A stretch of 64,000 nt of DNA from Fervidobacterium sp. (GTDB taxonomy: Bacteria > Thermotogota > Thermotogae > Thermotogales > Fervidobacteriaceae): assembly GCA_049970055.1 (NCBI GenBank), contig JBMFNR010000001.1, positions 512,001-576,000 of the forward strand, written 5' to 3'. Below the pieces are notes generated by a model that was not told the origin of the DNA, did no database searches, and was given only the letters and a program-made list of their open reading frames with translations. Positions 18,835-29,492 of this stretch are shown here, in pieces; within the stretch, counting starts at the first letter, position 1, and the number at the start of each line of letters is the position of its first letter. Position numbers and translations under genes: made by a program.

Positions 18835-20070
18835 ATGATTGTCCGTCCATTCAAAGCGTTGAGACCGATAAAGGAGATGGTTGATAAGATTGCGGCTAAA
18901 CCGTATGATGTTGTGACCGAAGAGCAAGCAAGAGCAGTCGCAAGAAATAACCCGTACACATTCTACAAGGTATCACGGCCGGAGATAAATTTTGACCATC
19001 CAGTTGATACACACGACCCAAAGGTTTTAGAAACAGGAAGAAAACATCTAGAATGGCTAAGAGATCAAGGGTTTCTTTTTGTTGAAGATAAACCTGCCTT
19101 ATACATATATCAACAGCATTGGAAAGATCACGTCCAAACAGGTGTTTTTGCAACTTTTTCCGTTGATGAGTATATCGAGAACAAGATTAAAAAGCACGAA
19201 TTAACAAGAAAGGATAAAGAAGATGAAAGAGCCTTGCATGTTAAAATTGTAAAAGCACACACAGGTCCTGTGTTTTTAATGTATAAGTCAAAACCACAGA
19301 TCGACGAATTAATAATGAGAAATGCAACTGGTACGCCTGAGTATGATTATACAGACGAGTCTGGTGTAAGACATATCGTATGGGTGTTGAAAGACGAAAG
19401 CGAGATAAAGAGAATTGTTGAAGCATTTAGGGAAGTTGACGCGTTTTACATAGCAGATGGTCACCACAGAGCAGCAGCAGCTGTAAGGGCTGCTATAGAT
19501 TTTAGAAATGAGAATCCGAATTACACAGGTGAAGAAGAATTCAATTTTTTCTTAGCAGCACTCTTTCCACATAATCAGTTGAGGATATTGGATTATAACA
19601 GAGTAGTAAAAGACCTAGACGGATTAAGTGAAGAGGATTTTCTGAAGAAGGTTTCCGAGAAATTTGAAATAACCACGGTAAATGGTATGTACAAACCGGA
19701 AATAAAACACACTATTGGAATGTATATGGATAAGAGATGGTACAAATTAGTTCCCAAAGCTGGTACATACGATGAAAACGATGTGATAGCATCCTTAGAC
19801 GTTTCGATTTTGCAAAATAATCTGCTCGCACCCATACTTGGTATTGAGGACCCAAGAACCGACAAAAGAATAGATTTCGTTGGTGGGGTACTCGGTATTG
19901 AAGAGTTGATTAAGTTAGTTGATAGTGGTTCATTCAAAGTTGCATTTGCAATGTATCCAACGTCTATAGATGATTTGCTAAAAGTTTCAGATGAAGGAAA
20001 GATTATGCCACCAAAATCGACATGGTTTGAGCCAAAGCTCAAGAGTGGAATTGTAGTTCATATTATATGA
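18835..20070 (+). CDS. DUF1015 family protein
   Basis: PYDV, IKKHELTR.DKE.ER, YIADGHHR.AAA, MPPKSTWFEPKL.SG. Confidence 0.9.
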   Translation: MIVRPFKALRPIKEMVDKIAAKPYDVVTEEQARAVARNNPYTFYKVSRPEINFDHPVDTHDPKVLETGRKHLEWLRDQGFLFVEDKPALYIYQQHWKDHVQTGVFATFSVDEYIENKIKKHELTRKDKEDERALHVKIVKAHTGPVFLMYKSKPQIDELIMRNATGTPEYDYTDESGVRHIVWVLKDESEIKRIVEAFREVDAFYIADGHHRAAAAVRAAIDFRNENPNYTGEEEFNFFLAALFPHNQLRILDYNRVVKDLDGLSEEDFLKKVSEKFEITTVNGMYKPEIKHTIGMYMDKRWYKLVPKAGTYDENDVIASLDVSILQNNLLAPILGIEDPRTDKRIDFVGGVLGIEELIKLVDSGSFKVAFAMYPTSIDDLLKVSDEGKIMPPKSTWFEPKLKSGIVVHII

Positions 20071-20093
20071 ACATAAACTTAAGTAGATTTTAG

Positions 20094-20133
20094 AAATCAA
20101 AGCTTCGGTATTTACCGAAGCTTTGATTTTTTT
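20094..20133. terminator. Intrinsic terminator between convergent genes
   Basis: 17-bp perfect inverted repeat AAATCAAAGCTTCGGTA-TT-TACCGAAGCTTTGATTT followed by TTTT. Confidence 0.8.
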
Positions 20134-20158
20134 ATAGTAAATTCATAAACACAACACT

Positions 20159-21223
20159 TTAACTTTTGCCTTTTTTCATTTCTTTCAGTGTTCTTAAAAT
20201 TGCTTTTGCACGTTTTCGACCTATTCCTTCTACTTTTTGTAGATTGTTAGCGTCACATTTTACAAGGTTGGAGATCGAATGGAAAGATTTAACCAGGTTT
20301 TGCGAAATATTCATTGGTATGTGAATTTCTCTCCTTAGTATCCTGTATCCTCTTGGACTAACGTACGTTTCTTCGACTTGTTGTTGATTATTTAATTCAT
20401 AACCAAGAGCTTTAGCAAAAGATAGTAGTTTATGTTCAAGTTTGCTCATATATTCTAAGACATTCTTCGCTTCTTCTTCACTTAACTCTTTTTTTGAGTA
20501 ATCCATTATCATCAGTAAAAGAATATCGTTCAGGTCTTTTAATACTTCTCTCAACCTTAAAGATGCTAACCTTCCCTCACTGCCAAGCTCAATAATATTT
20601 ATCGCTATCTGCGAAGAAATAGTCTTTATTTCGCCCCCTCTTATTAGTATCTCGCAAATAAAATCGAGAGGAACTTTTCCTTGAACTTCAAATTTATCTA
20701 AAAGAGATAGGCTTTTGTCAAAATCTTCTCTGAACCTCTCCAGTGCATTTATCGTCTGTCCGACTTTTGTAAGTACAAAATTTATATCTTCAAATACATA
20801 TTTTTTGTCTCTGTAATACAGTGTAACAACATTTCTTCTTTTCGAAACAGCGATAACCATGACACCGAGCTGTTTTGCCAATCTTTCAGCGGTTCTGTGC
20901 CTTGTACCAGTTTCGTTAGTTGGAATAGACGAATCTGGGACAAGATGAACGTTAGCTGCTATGATTCTGCTAAGTGATTCATCTATTACTATCGCACCAT
21001 CCATTTTGGAAAGCTCATAAAGTTTCTCTGGTGTAAATGGACAGTCAATTTTGAACCCCGATTGAAATATACCGGGTTTACCTTTCATATCTTCTTCGTT
21101 TATAAAAACTATCAAGGCACCTGTTTGCGCATTTATGATATCGTCCAAGGCCTTTCTTAATCGAGTTCCAGGTGATGCCACTTTAATTTTCTCAATAAGT
21201 TCCTGGTCGAATAGATCAGCCAT
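20159..21223 (-). CDS. disA: DNA integrity scanning diadenylate cyclase DisA
   Basis: PGT.LR, ELSKMDGA, ETGTRHRTAER, C-terminal HhH (VEGIG.KRA); ATG 21223. Confidence 0.93.
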   Translation of the reverse strand: MADLFDQELIEKIKVASPGTRLRKALDDIINAQTGALIVFINEEDMKGKPGIFQSGFKIDCPFTPEKLYELSKMDGAIVIDESLSRIIAANVHLVPDSSIPTNETGTRHRTAERLAKQLGVMVIAVSKRRNVVTLYYRDKKYVFEDINFVLTKVGQTINALERFREDFDKSLSLLDKFEVQGKVPLDFICEILIRGGEIKTISSQIAINIIELGSEGRLASLRLREVLKDLNDILLLMIMDYSKKELSEEEAKNVLEYMSKLEHKLLSFAKALGYELNNQQQVEETYVSPRGYRILRREIHIPMNISQNLVKSFHSISNLVKCDANNLQKVEGIGRKRAKAILRTLKEMKKGKS

Positions 21224-21342
21224 AATTTTCCACTTCCCTTTAAGAAAAATTCTGGAATAGTTCACATATATTATACACGAAAATAAAAAGGTGTGTTATA
21301 ATGAAATAGCACACGCAAGTAAAACAATCAGGGGGCGTAAAG

Positions 21343-22275
21343 ATGTACGTAGTAGGAATAGACTTAGGTGGAACGTTTTTTAAAGTTGGACTTGTTGACA
21401 AAGAAAGTGGGAGAATCGTTAAAAAGATCGGGCGGGAAACAAAAGTTGATAGTGGAAAAGAAAGTGTGATAAAGCGAATGGCCGAAGCCGTAGAAGAAAT
21501 AACTGCCGGTATTGATTATATTGGTGTTGGTATTGGCTCGCCTGGATCAATTGATCACGATAAAGGTATAGTAAGGTTCTCGCCAAATTTTCCTGGGTGG
21601 GTTGATTTTGAACTTGGTGGACTTTTATCAGAGGTGTTAGGTAAACCAGTTTATTTGGAAAACGATGCGAACGCGTTTGTTCTTGGCGAAAAATGGTTTG
21701 GTGCCGGTAAGGGATTCAACCACATAGTTGCACTTACCCTTGGAACAGGCGTTGGAGGCGGAGTTATCTCTCACGGTATACTCATTACTGGGCACAACGG
21801 TATAGGAACGGAACTTGGGCATGTGATAATTGAGCCCAATGGACCACAATGTAGTTGCGGCAATTATGGGTGTCTTGAGGCGCTTGCGAGTGCATCTGCA
21901 ATAAGAAGGATGGCGCTTGAAGGTCAGAAAAAGTTTCCTGACTCGATGATCTTTAAGTTCGAAGAGATTGATGCAAAAGCTGTTTTCGATGCGGCAAGAC
22001 ATGGTGATATGCTTGGGAAAATTATCGTTGAGCGGGTAGTTAACGCACTTGCAATAGGAATAGCTAATTTCATACATATTTTCAATCCGGAGATTGTAGT
22101 CGTTGGTGGTGGTGTTTCGAGAGCAGGTGATATACTATTTGAGCCTCTTAGAGAAAAAGTAAAGCACTTGGTTATGCCATCTTTCGTTGGAACTTATGAG
22201 ATAGTGCAAAGTCCATTAGTTGAAGAAGCTGGTATATTGGGTGCAGCTTCAGTAATTCTGCAAATGGTTAATTAA
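21343..22275 (+). CDS. ROK family sugar kinase (glucokinase)
   Basis: GIDLGGT, ENDAN, LGTGVGGG, ELGH, CSCG..GCLE. Confidence 0.92.
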   Translation: MYVVGIDLGGTFFKVGLVDKESGRIVKKIGRETKVDSGKESVIKRMAEAVEEITAGIDYIGVGIGSPGSIDHDKGIVRFSPNFPGWVDFELGGLLSEVLGKPVYLENDANAFVLGEKWFGAGKGFNHIVALTLGTGVGGGVISHGILITGHNGIGTELGHVIIEPNGPQCSCGNYGCLEALASASAIRRMALEGQKKFPDSMIFKFEEIDAKAVFDAARHGDMLGKIIVERVVNALAIGIANFIHIFNPEIVVVGGGVSRAGDILFEPLREKVKHLVMPSFVGTYEIVQSPLVEEAGILGAASVILQMVN

Positions 22276-22312
22276 AGATAATTTTATCATATCCTTTATG
22301 GAGGTGTTTTTT

Positions 22313-22747
22313 ATGAGAAGGTATCTGTTTCCTATCTTGGTTTTAGTGTTAACTATCGTTGCAGTTGTTGTTAGTACAGCAGCCGACTCAAAGTCAGGCC
22401 CCAAGCTTGCGTATATTGATCCAAACAAAGTTTTGCAGAATTACGATAAGTGGATAGCGTTTCAAAAACAGATGCAGGACGAAATAAATAAATATCAAGC
22501 TGAACTTGATAAGATCAAGGATGCAAATCAAAAACAACAAAAATATCTTGAATACCAACAGACAATAAATAACAAAATATCACAAACGCAGGCTCAGATT
22601 GAAGCAGAGATATTACAAAAGGTAAGAGAATACGCGGAAGTAATGGGATACGATTTTATCTTCAACAGCACAACAATGGCCTACGGTAGTCAGGAATACA
22701 ATATCACAGATGCGTTTATAAAATACCTAAAGACTGCAAAGAAATAA
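22313..22747 (+). CDS. OmpH/Skp family periplasmic chaperone
   Basis: Signal peptide, KLAYID..KVL..Y, Q-rich coiled coil, GYD.IF...YG...NITD. Confidence 0.8.
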   Translation: MRRYLFPILVLVLTIVAVVVSTAADSKSGPKLAYIDPNKVLQNYDKWIAFQKQMQDEINKYQAELDKIKDANQKQQKYLEYQQTINNKISQTQAQIEAEILQKVREYAEVMGYDFIFNSTTMAYGSQEYNITDAFIKYLKTAKK

Positions 22748-22782
22748 TCAATAATATATAGCAACTAAAACATCAGTTGAAC

Positions 22783-23505
22783 ATGGAAGATAGAAAAGAT
22801 AAAATAGTATGCGAAAGTATATTTAAAAGGTTTGGTAGAAAAGTTGTCCTTAAGGATGTAAGTATTGAAGCTAATAATGGTGAAGTGGTAGGCTTGCTTG
22901 GTCCAAATGGATCAGGCAAGACTACTTTATTCAACATAATACTCGGTGTTGTTGTACCTAACAAAGGAAGAGTACTTTTCAATGATAAAAATATAACTAA
23001 CATGCCGATACATAAAAGAGCGCGCCTAGGTATAACTTATCTTCAGCAAGAGACATCTGTTTTCAGGGACTTAAAAACGGATGATAATATCAGACTTGTC
23101 TTGGAATTTCAAAAGCTAAAAAGAAAAGAAAGAGAGCATATGATAGAAGAAGTTTTAGGGGAATTTGGCATAGGTGATTTGAAAAAGCAATACGCTTTTT
23201 CGTTATCAGGTGGGGAAAAGAGAAGGCTCGAACTTGCGCGAATGATGGCTTTGAAGCCAAGGTTTGTGCTTCTTGACGAGCCGTTTATAGGTATTGACCC
23301 AAAAACGGTTAAAGAGATCCAAAAAATTGTACTGAGCTTAAAAGAAAGAGGAGTTGGAGTAATAATTACAGATCATTCTGTTGATGCCCTAAGACTTATT
23401 GTTGATAGGTTGTACGTTATCCATAAAGGTGAGCTACTTGCTTTTGGTACTCCCGATGAGGTATTCTCGAATGATATGGTAAAAAAAGTTTATCTTGGAG
23501 AGTGA
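22783..23505 (+). CDS. lptB: LptB-like ABC ATPase
   Basis: GEVVGLLGPNGSGKTT, P.HKRAR.G..YL.QE.SVFR, LSGGE.RRLE, DEPF.GIDP, ITDH, V.KVYLG. Confidence 0.85.
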   Translation: MEDRKDKIVCESIFKRFGRKVVLKDVSIEANNGEVVGLLGPNGSGKTTLFNIILGVVVPNKGRVLFNDKNITNMPIHKRARLGITYLQQETSVFRDLKTDDNIRLVLEFQKLKRKEREHMIEEVLGEFGIGDLKKQYAFSLSGGEKRRLELARMMALKPRFVLLDEPFIGIDPKTVKEIQKIVLSLKERGVGVIITDHSVDALRLIVDRLYVIHKGELLAFGTPDEVFSNDMVKKVYLGE

Positions 23506-24101
23506 ATAAACTAGTGCAGGTAATTATTCATTTTAAAAAGAAAGGTTTACTGAGGTTTTTGTCCGCTATAGAGACTTCAAACGCGATTATACGTACGTTG
23601 AACCGTTCAGGTTTAGACATGGAATTTTCAGAAGGGTTTCATCCATTGCCAAAGGTATCTTTTCTTGATTCGACGGCTACAGGTGTAATAGATCTTGCGT
23701 TGTACGTAATGGTAAAATTGAGAAATGAACAAAGAATTGATCATCTGATTGAAAGTATTAGAAAGAATCTTCCCAATGGACTAGAAGTACAAAATATCTT
23801 TGAAAGTGAAGTTAATTTAAATAAAATTGTCGATAAATACAAATACATGCTTTTTTTCAAAGATAAGCCAAATTTTGAAAAACCATTAAAAAAGCATTCT
23901 GGAAAAGTTTTTATACCTGCTGAAATAATAGATAACTTGACTGTAACTTTGAAAAAAGATCTCTTTGTGGTAAAATATACAATTAGCAAAGATAAAGTTT
24001 TTAATCCGTATTTGCTGGATAATATCTATTTGGCTGTTAGAACAAATGCTTTGATTAGTGGAGAAGATGTCTCTAAAATATTGGGGGGACAAATTATATG
24101 A
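23502..24101 (+). CDS. Radical SAM-associated protein (TIGR03936/DUF2344-like)
   Basis: [23 protein letters not shown]. Confidence 0.75.
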   Translation: MNKLVQVIIHFKKKGLLRFLSAIETSNAIIRTLNRSGLDMEFSEGFHPLPKVSFLDSTATGVIDLALYVMVKLRNEQRIDHLIESIRKNLPNGLEVQNIFESEVNLNKIVDKYKYMLFFKDKPNFEKPLKKHSGKVFIPAEIIDNLTVTLKKDLFVVKYTISKDKVFNPYLLDNIYLAVRTNALISGEDVSKILGGQII

Positions 24102-24460
24102 AAGTGCTCGTTGTAGATGATTCTGATGTATTAAGAAAAATAACTGTTTACAATCTGAGAAAACTTGGAATGGATGTTGAGGAAGCGGTAGATGGTATCG
24201 ATGGCCTTGAAAAAATGAGATCATGGCATCCTGATGTTGTTATTCTTGATATCATGATGCCACGAATGGATGGTTTTACAGTTCTTAAAGAGATGAAGAA
24301 AGATGAGAGTATAAAGGATATACCTGTAATTGTACTTACCGCTAAAGGTGGTCAAAACGATGAACAGATAGCTCTTTCTCTTGGTGCCAAGCAAGTCATG
24401 ACGAAACCATTTAGTCCTGCGCAACTTGTTGAGGAGGTTAAAAACGTTGCAAGAAAGTGA
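24098..24460 (+). CDS. Single-domain response regulator
   Basis: VVDDS, LDIMMP.MDG, LTAK, KPF. Confidence 0.92.
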   Translation: MKVLVVDDSDVLRKITVYNLRKLGMDVEEAVDGIDGLEKMRSWHPDVVILDIMMPRMDGFTVLKEMKKDESIKDIPVIVLTAKGGQNDEQIALSLGAKQVMTKPFSPAQLVEEVKNVARK

Positions 24461-25832
24461 AAAATTGATAGAAATTGTCAACGCTTGCGAGAAGATCGCA
24501 AGAGTGTTTGACAAAAGTCTCGGATATGTCGATAATTTAGATGTACTCTCTAAAAGATTGGAAGATCTCGCTAACTATATAGAACAATGGGTTAATGATC
24601 AAAAGGCTAATAACGATGCGCTTCAACAATTGATTGAGGCACAGCTTGAAGAACTAACGGCTTCTTACGAGGGATTATCCGCGCTTTTTGAGATAAATAA
24701 GATCATATCTTCCGTTGATGAGCCTTGGATGATATTACAGAATATTTTGAAGTTGCTTAGAAATGCCGTTGATTACACGTTTGGTATAGTGAAATTAAAG
24801 GTAGATGATAAAGTTTACGTCGAAACTTACAACCCAGGCGGTACTCGTGTAGAGGAAGTGGTTCATTTCTTTGACAGTGAAGTTGAAAATCTAGCAGACA
24901 CGCTCTTTGTAGATTATGACAAAGAAAAAGGCGGATACATTCTGATACCTTTGATATCCGAACTTGGTAATTACGGGTATCTTGGTATATCGAATATGAA
25001 TTCAAAAAGGTCTTTTACAGCCGGAGATAAAAAAATCACTGAAGCGGTTGCTCATCAATTATTAACTGCCGTAAGTAGACATATAATGATGAAACGTGAG
25101 ATAGAGAAGAAAAGATTAGAAGAACAGCTCCAGATTGCTAGAAATATTCAGCAAGGACTTTTGCCAAGTAAGTTCCCTGTGAGTGAAAAGTTTGATATTA
25201 GTGCAAAAAGTATTTCGGCAGTACAAGTAGGTGGAGATTACTACGATGTCATTGAAAATAGCGACGGCTCGATAATATGTTGCATTGCTGATGTTTCAGG
25301 GAAAGGACTTCCTGCGGCGTTGATAATGTCTTCTTTTAGGAGTATGTTTCGATTATCAGGTAAAATATCCAATGATTTAGTTGTTTTAGCCTCCCAATTT
25401 GATAGTATGATACATTCAGACTTTGAAATTGGAAGATTCATAACTTCTATTATTTTTAAGATCTTTCCGAATGGGCGTACAGAAATTGTAAATGCAGGGC
25501 ATGACCCGTTGTACGTTGTAAGAGGAAATAAAATTTTAAAGATTGGTTCAACAGGGACACCGTTTGGAATATTAGGTGATGGGGTATACGAGTTAGAAGT
25601 CTTAGAAGCTGAAAAAGGTGATGTTTTTGTAGCTTTTACAGACGGAGTTGTTGAAGCTAGAAATATTCAAAATGAAGAATTTGGATTTGAAAGATTGGAC
25701 GAGATCGTGTTAAGATACAGATACTTGAAAGCTTCGGACATAGTTGATAAAATTATGAGTGCTGTTTTCGAATTCTCAAGTGGGGCGATGCAGCACGATG
25801 ATACAACTGTTCTTGTCCTGAAATACGGATGA
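24447..25832 (+). CDS. RsbU/SpoIIE-type PP2C phosphatase with GAF-like domain
   Basis: IQQGLLP, VGGDYYD, ADVSGKG.PAAL, NAGH, FTDG..EA, DD.T; probable TTG start at 24447 after GAGGAGG. Confidence 0.88.
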   Translation: MQESEKLIEIVNACEKIARVFDKSLGYVDNLDVLSKRLEDLANYIEQWVNDQKANNDALQQLIEAQLEELTASYEGLSALFEINKIISSVDEPWMILQNILKLLRNAVDYTFGIVKLKVDDKVYVETYNPGGTRVEEVVHFFDSEVENLADTLFVDYDKEKGGYILIPLISELGNYGYLGISNMNSKRSFTAGDKKITEAVAHQLLTAVSRHIMMKREIEKKRLEEQLQIARNIQQGLLPSKFPVSEKFDISAKSISAVQVGGDYYDVIENSDGSIICCIADVSGKGLPAALIMSSFRSMFRLSGKISNDLVVLASQFDSMIHSDFEIGRFITSIIFKIFPNGRTEIVNAGHDPLYVVRGNKILKIGSTGTPFGILGDGVYELEVLEAEKGDVFVAFTDGVVEARNIQNEEFGFERLDEIVLRYRYLKASDIVDKIMSAVFEFSSGAMQHDDTTVLVLKYG

Positions 25833-25886
25833 TCATTGTTTAAAATGGTAATATAAAGATACATAAAGAACCATGGAGGTGCTTTT

Positions 25887-26444
25887 ATGATTGAAGTAGG
25901 TGATCTTGAAAAGGGGATGTACATTAAGTACGAAGGCGATATTTACAGAATTATTGATGTGAACAAACATTTCAGAGGAAGAGGCTCAGGTTTAATAAGA
26001 ACTAAGCTCAAAAATCTCTCAACAGGTTTGATAAGAGAAGTGAACTTTGCCAGCGGTGAAAAGGTGGAAGAAGCGGAACTTTCTTTTAGGAAAGCTGAAT
26101 ACCTTTACAACGACGGAGAAAACTACTACTTTATGGATTTACAAACGTACGAACAATACGCGATCCCTGGAAACGAAGTTGGCGAAGATAAGTACTATCT
26201 CGTTGAAAATACACAAGTAGATCTTGTAATGCATGATGAGAAGCCGATTGGTATAAACCTACCAACTACGGTAGTACTTGAAGTAATTGAGACAGAACCA
26301 AACTTCAAAGGTGACACGGTGTCTGGTGGCGGAAAACCCGCACTTTTACAAACAGGTTTGAAGATTTCTGTTCCTTTCTTTGTAAACGTTGGTGATAAGA
26401 TAAAGGTGGATACGCGAACAGGGGAATACATTGAAAGAGCTTAA
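25887..26444 (+). CDS. efp: Translation elongation factor P
   Basis: EF-P architecture, KGDT..GG.KPA.L.TG, VP.F...GD.IKVDTR.GEY.ERA; Arg-type tip loop (HFRGRG). Confidence 0.95.
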   Translation: MIEVGDLEKGMYIKYEGDIYRIIDVNKHFRGRGSGLIRTKLKNLSTGLIREVNFASGEKVEEAELSFRKAEYLYNDGENYYFMDLQTYEQYAIPGNEVGEDKYYLVENTQVDLVMHDEKPIGINLPTTVVLEVIETEPNFKGDTVSGGGKPALLQTGLKISVPFFVNVGDKIKVDTRTGEYIERA

Positions 26445-26498
26445 ACTGCTAGGAAGATTGCAACTTGATTTTGTGCTCTAAAAAGAGGGGGGAAAGTC

Positions 26499-26813
26499 AT
26501 GGGAAATATAACAGTTGCGGATAACGTTATTATAGAAATAACATACAGGTCTCTCTGCTCTGTATACAATGTGCAACCAGACGATAAAGAATTTAAGAAA
26601 CAAAAGAAAAATATTTCTGTCGAAAGAACCCCGGAAGATAACGTTATAATAAAAGTCAAATTGGAGGTTCCGTATGGAGAGAATATCCTCGAGTTTTCTA
26701 AGAATGTTATGAAAGTAATATCTGAAAATGTGGTTCAAATGACCGATAAAGTAGTTGAATCGGTAAATGTTACTGTTGTGAATGTTTTCGAGAAGGCAGA
26801 GACAAACAATTAA
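26499..26813 (+). CDS. Asp23/Gls24 family protein
   Basis: G.I.VAD.V, YG.NI, V..MT...V..VNV.V; conserved efp-Asp23-nusB order. Confidence 0.8.
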   Translation: MGNITVADNVIIEITYRSLCSVYNVQPDDKEFKKQKKNISVERTPEDNVIIKVKLEVPYGENILEFSKNVMKVISENVVQMTDKVVESVNVTVVNVFEKAETNN

Positions 26814-26850
26814 CTTATTGACATTGCTTTAAGACAGGAGTGAAAGTGAA

Positions 26851-27276
26851 TTGACATCAAAAAGAAGGGTACTACGAGAAATTGTAGCTAAAATGCTCTT
26901 TCAGTACGACTTCAGACCGGACGAAATTGAAGATATCGTTCGTGAGGGAACAGAGAAGATAAAAGATAAAGAGTTGAAAAACGAAGTCATTAGGTATGTG
27001 AACAACATCTTTGAAAACATTGAAAAGATTGATGAAATAATTTCTCAACAGCTTATAAATTGGAATTTTGATAGAGTATCTTACTTAGAAAGAAGCGTAC
27101 TTAGGCTCGGCACGTACGAACTTTTATACGAGTTAGATATACCTATTGAAGTGACCCTCGACGAAATGATAGAGATAGCTAAGAAGTTCGGTTCGCAAGA
27201 GAGTGGAAAGTTCGTTAACGGTATCCTTGACAGGATTGCAAAAAAGTGCGCACCAAAAGAAAAATTCAGTCTTTGA
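26851..27276 (+). CDS. nusB: Transcription antitermination factor NusB
   Basis: RR..RE, W..DR...ER..LRLG.YE, E..EIAK.FG...S.KFVNGILD. Confidence 0.95.
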   Translation: MTSKRRVLREIVAKMLFQYDFRPDEIEDIVREGTEKIKDKELKNEVIRYVNNIFENIEKIDEIISQQLINWNFDRVSYLERSVLRLGTYELLYELDIPIEVTLDEMIEIAKKFGSQESGKFVNGILDRIAKKCAPKEKFSL

Positions 27277-27355
27277 TTTTTTACTTTCTTATATTGTTAC
27301 TTGGTGTTGTTGCTTTGTACGTATCTCAAGGGGTAGGGGGTTCTCGTTTCTTCTT

Positions 27356-27880
27356 ATGAATTTTGTAGAGTTATTAATTGTGCTAATGGTTTCATCAATT
27401 ATTATTTTTCTTGCTTTAGATAACTTAACACAAGTTTTGAACCACACCATGTACATATTGCAATGCAATCGGATAACAATTTCAACCTTCCATATGTTAA
27501 ACTACATTCGATATGATTACATTCAACACTCAACTGAAAATCCACAGTTACGTCTTTCTTATCCGCTATCTAACCAGGGAGCTATATCTTTTTACGAAAT
27601 TCTCGATGGACAAAAGAAACTTGTCAGATATAGAATTGTCCGTTCGGCAGGCAAGAAATTTTCTTTGTACAGAGAGACTTACCTGACCATTGGAAAATCG
27701 AAGATTCTCCTTAACACTAGAAATATTACTCTCGATGATAGTATCACCTTTTGTTTGGGTGATGATGAAAGTCACGTTATAATTAGGAGTGACACGTACG
27801 GCGACGTAAAACTCCCAATGACCCCACCGAACGTGGTTATAAAAAACATTATCGTGAAAGCAAAAAGTGATGAGCAATAA
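27356..27880 (+). CDS. Pilin/pseudopilin-like hypothetical protein (start uncertain)
   Basis: MNFVELLIVLMVSSIIIFLAL resembles the type IV pilin N-terminal helix with Glu at position 5. Confidence 0.5.
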   Translation: MNFVELLIVLMVSSIIIFLALDNLTQVLNHTMYILQCNRITISTFHMLNYIRYDYIQHSTENPQLRLSYPLSNQGAISFYEILDGQKKLVRYRIVRSAGKKFSLYRETYLTIGKSKILLNTRNITLDDSITFCLGDDESHVIIRSDTYGDVKLPMTPPNVVIKNIIVKAKSDEQ

Positions 27881-27895
27881 CTGTGAGGTGGCACA

Positions 27896-28714
27896 ATGAA
27901 ATTAGGTCATATATTAAAGAAAAACCGAACAAATATTATGGGTATAATAAATCTAACACCTGATTCATTTTACGCCAATAGTAGAGTTGACGAAAGTAAT
28001 CTGCTTAAGAAAGTGGAGGAAATGATCGCAAATGGTGTTGATATACTCGATATAGGTGGAGAAAGCACAAGACCTGGTGCAGAACCGGTAAGCTTAGAAG
28101 AAGAGTTAAGACGTGTGATACCCGCAATTCGGGTAATTAGAAAGTATTTTCAGATACCTATTTCCGTAGATACTTACAAATCTGAAGTAGCCAGAGAGGC
28201 TTTGGAGGAAGGTGCTGATATAATAAACGACATAAGCGCGCTTAGAATGGACGAAAAAATGATAGATGTGGTAAGCCATTATAATTGCCCGGTCATACTT
28301 ATGCATATGAAAGGTACACCGAAGACAATGCAGCAAAATCCGCAGTATGAAGATGTTGTAGAAGAGATCGTTGAATTTTTCAATGAACGCATAAACTTTG
28401 TAAAGAGCCATGGCGTAGAAGAAATAATTATAGATCCTGGTATAGGATTTGGGAAAACACTGGAGCATAACTTAGAGATACTTAGAAGAATTGATGAATT
28501 TAGAAGACTCGGCTATCCCATATTAATTGGTGCAAGCAGAAAATCCATGATCGGTATGATACTTGACAAACCCGCAGAAGAAAGACTTTACGGAACCCTC
28601 GCGATAACCGCTTATTGTGCTTTGTATGGTATTGAGATAATTAGAGTTCATGATGTGATGGAAAATGTTGAAGTTGTTAAAGTAATAGAAGCAATCAGAG
28701 GGGTAAAACCATGA
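27896..28714 (+). CDS. folP: Dihydropteroate synthase
   Basis: MGIIN.TPDSF, DIGGESTRPGA, DPGIGFGK, SRKS, RVHDV. Confidence 0.96.
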   Translation: MKLGHILKKNRTNIMGIINLTPDSFYANSRVDESNLLKKVEEMIANGVDILDIGGESTRPGAEPVSLEEELRRVIPAIRVIRKYFQIPISVDTYKSEVAREALEEGADIINDISALRMDEKMIDVVSHYNCPVILMHMKGTPKTMQQNPQYEDVVEEIVEFFNERINFVKSHGVEEIIIDPGIGFGKTLEHNLEILRRIDEFRRLGYPILIGASRKSMIGMILDKPAEERLYGTLAITAYCALYGIEIIRVHDVMENVEVVKVIEAIRGVKP

Positions 28715-29448
28715 AAAACGCAGGTGATGGAAATTTGGTCAGGTTGGACAGATACCTAGCGAATGCATATGTGGGAACAAGAAACGAAGTTAAAAGGATA
28801 ATAAAAGAAGGTAGAGTGTCGGTAAATGGCCATGTAATGAAAGATTCAGCGTACCACGTAAACCTGAATGATAAGATTGAATTGGATGGTAAAGAGATAC
28901 TACCGCATAGAAAGGTTTATATTTTGTTGCACAAGCCCTCTTGTTATGTTTCAACTACGTCGGAAAATGAACCAAGTGTTTTAAATCTCATTGAACACCC
29001 TTATTTAGACGAACTTCACATAGCGGGTAGACTTGACAAAGATGTTGAAGGATTACTTATATTAACAAATGATGGCGATTTTACACATAAATTGATTTCT
29101 CCAAAAAAGCACGTAGAGAAGGAATATTATATCTACACCGATGTCCCCGTTATTGTTACTGAAAAAATGCAGCAGATGGTCTTGGAGGGTATAGAAATAG
29201 AAAAAGGTTTAAAAACGTTACCTGGAAAGATAACTCAAATTGAAGAAAAAGTTATCTCAATTACGATCGTTGAAGGTAAGTATCACCAGATAAAAAAGAT
29301 GTGCAAACATCTCGGAATTTGGTGGAAAAAGATTGTACGCGTTCGGATAGGTAACTTACAACTTGGTGAATTAAAAGTTGGTCAATGGAGAGAGCTAACT
29401 GAAGAAGAGATAAAATGTGCGATATTTGGAAAAAACGAAATTGTATAG
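28711..29448 (+). CDS. RsuA family pseudouridine synthase
   Basis: S4 domain RLD.YL, HKP, AGRLDKD.EGLL.LTNDG, EGKYHQ.K.M. Confidence 0.9.
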   Translation: MKNAGDGNLVRLDRYLANAYVGTRNEVKRIIKEGRVSVNGHVMKDSAYHVNLNDKIELDGKEILPHRKVYILLHKPSCYVSTTSENEPSVLNLIEHPYLDELHIAGRLDKDVEGLLILTNDGDFTHKLISPKKHVEKEYYIYTDVPVIVTEKMQQMVLEGIEIEKGLKTLPGKITQIEEKVISITIVEGKYHQIKKMCKHLGIWWKKIVRVRIGNLQLGELKVGQWRELTEEEIKCAIFGKNEIV

Positions 29449-29463
29449 CCACATATTCAAGAT

Positions 29464-29492
29464 AAAAGAGCGGGGAATAACCCCGCTTTTTT
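29464..29492. terminator. Bidirectional intrinsic terminator
   Basis: AAAAGAGCGGGG-AATAA-CCCCGCTTTTTT between convergent genes. Confidence 0.8.
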
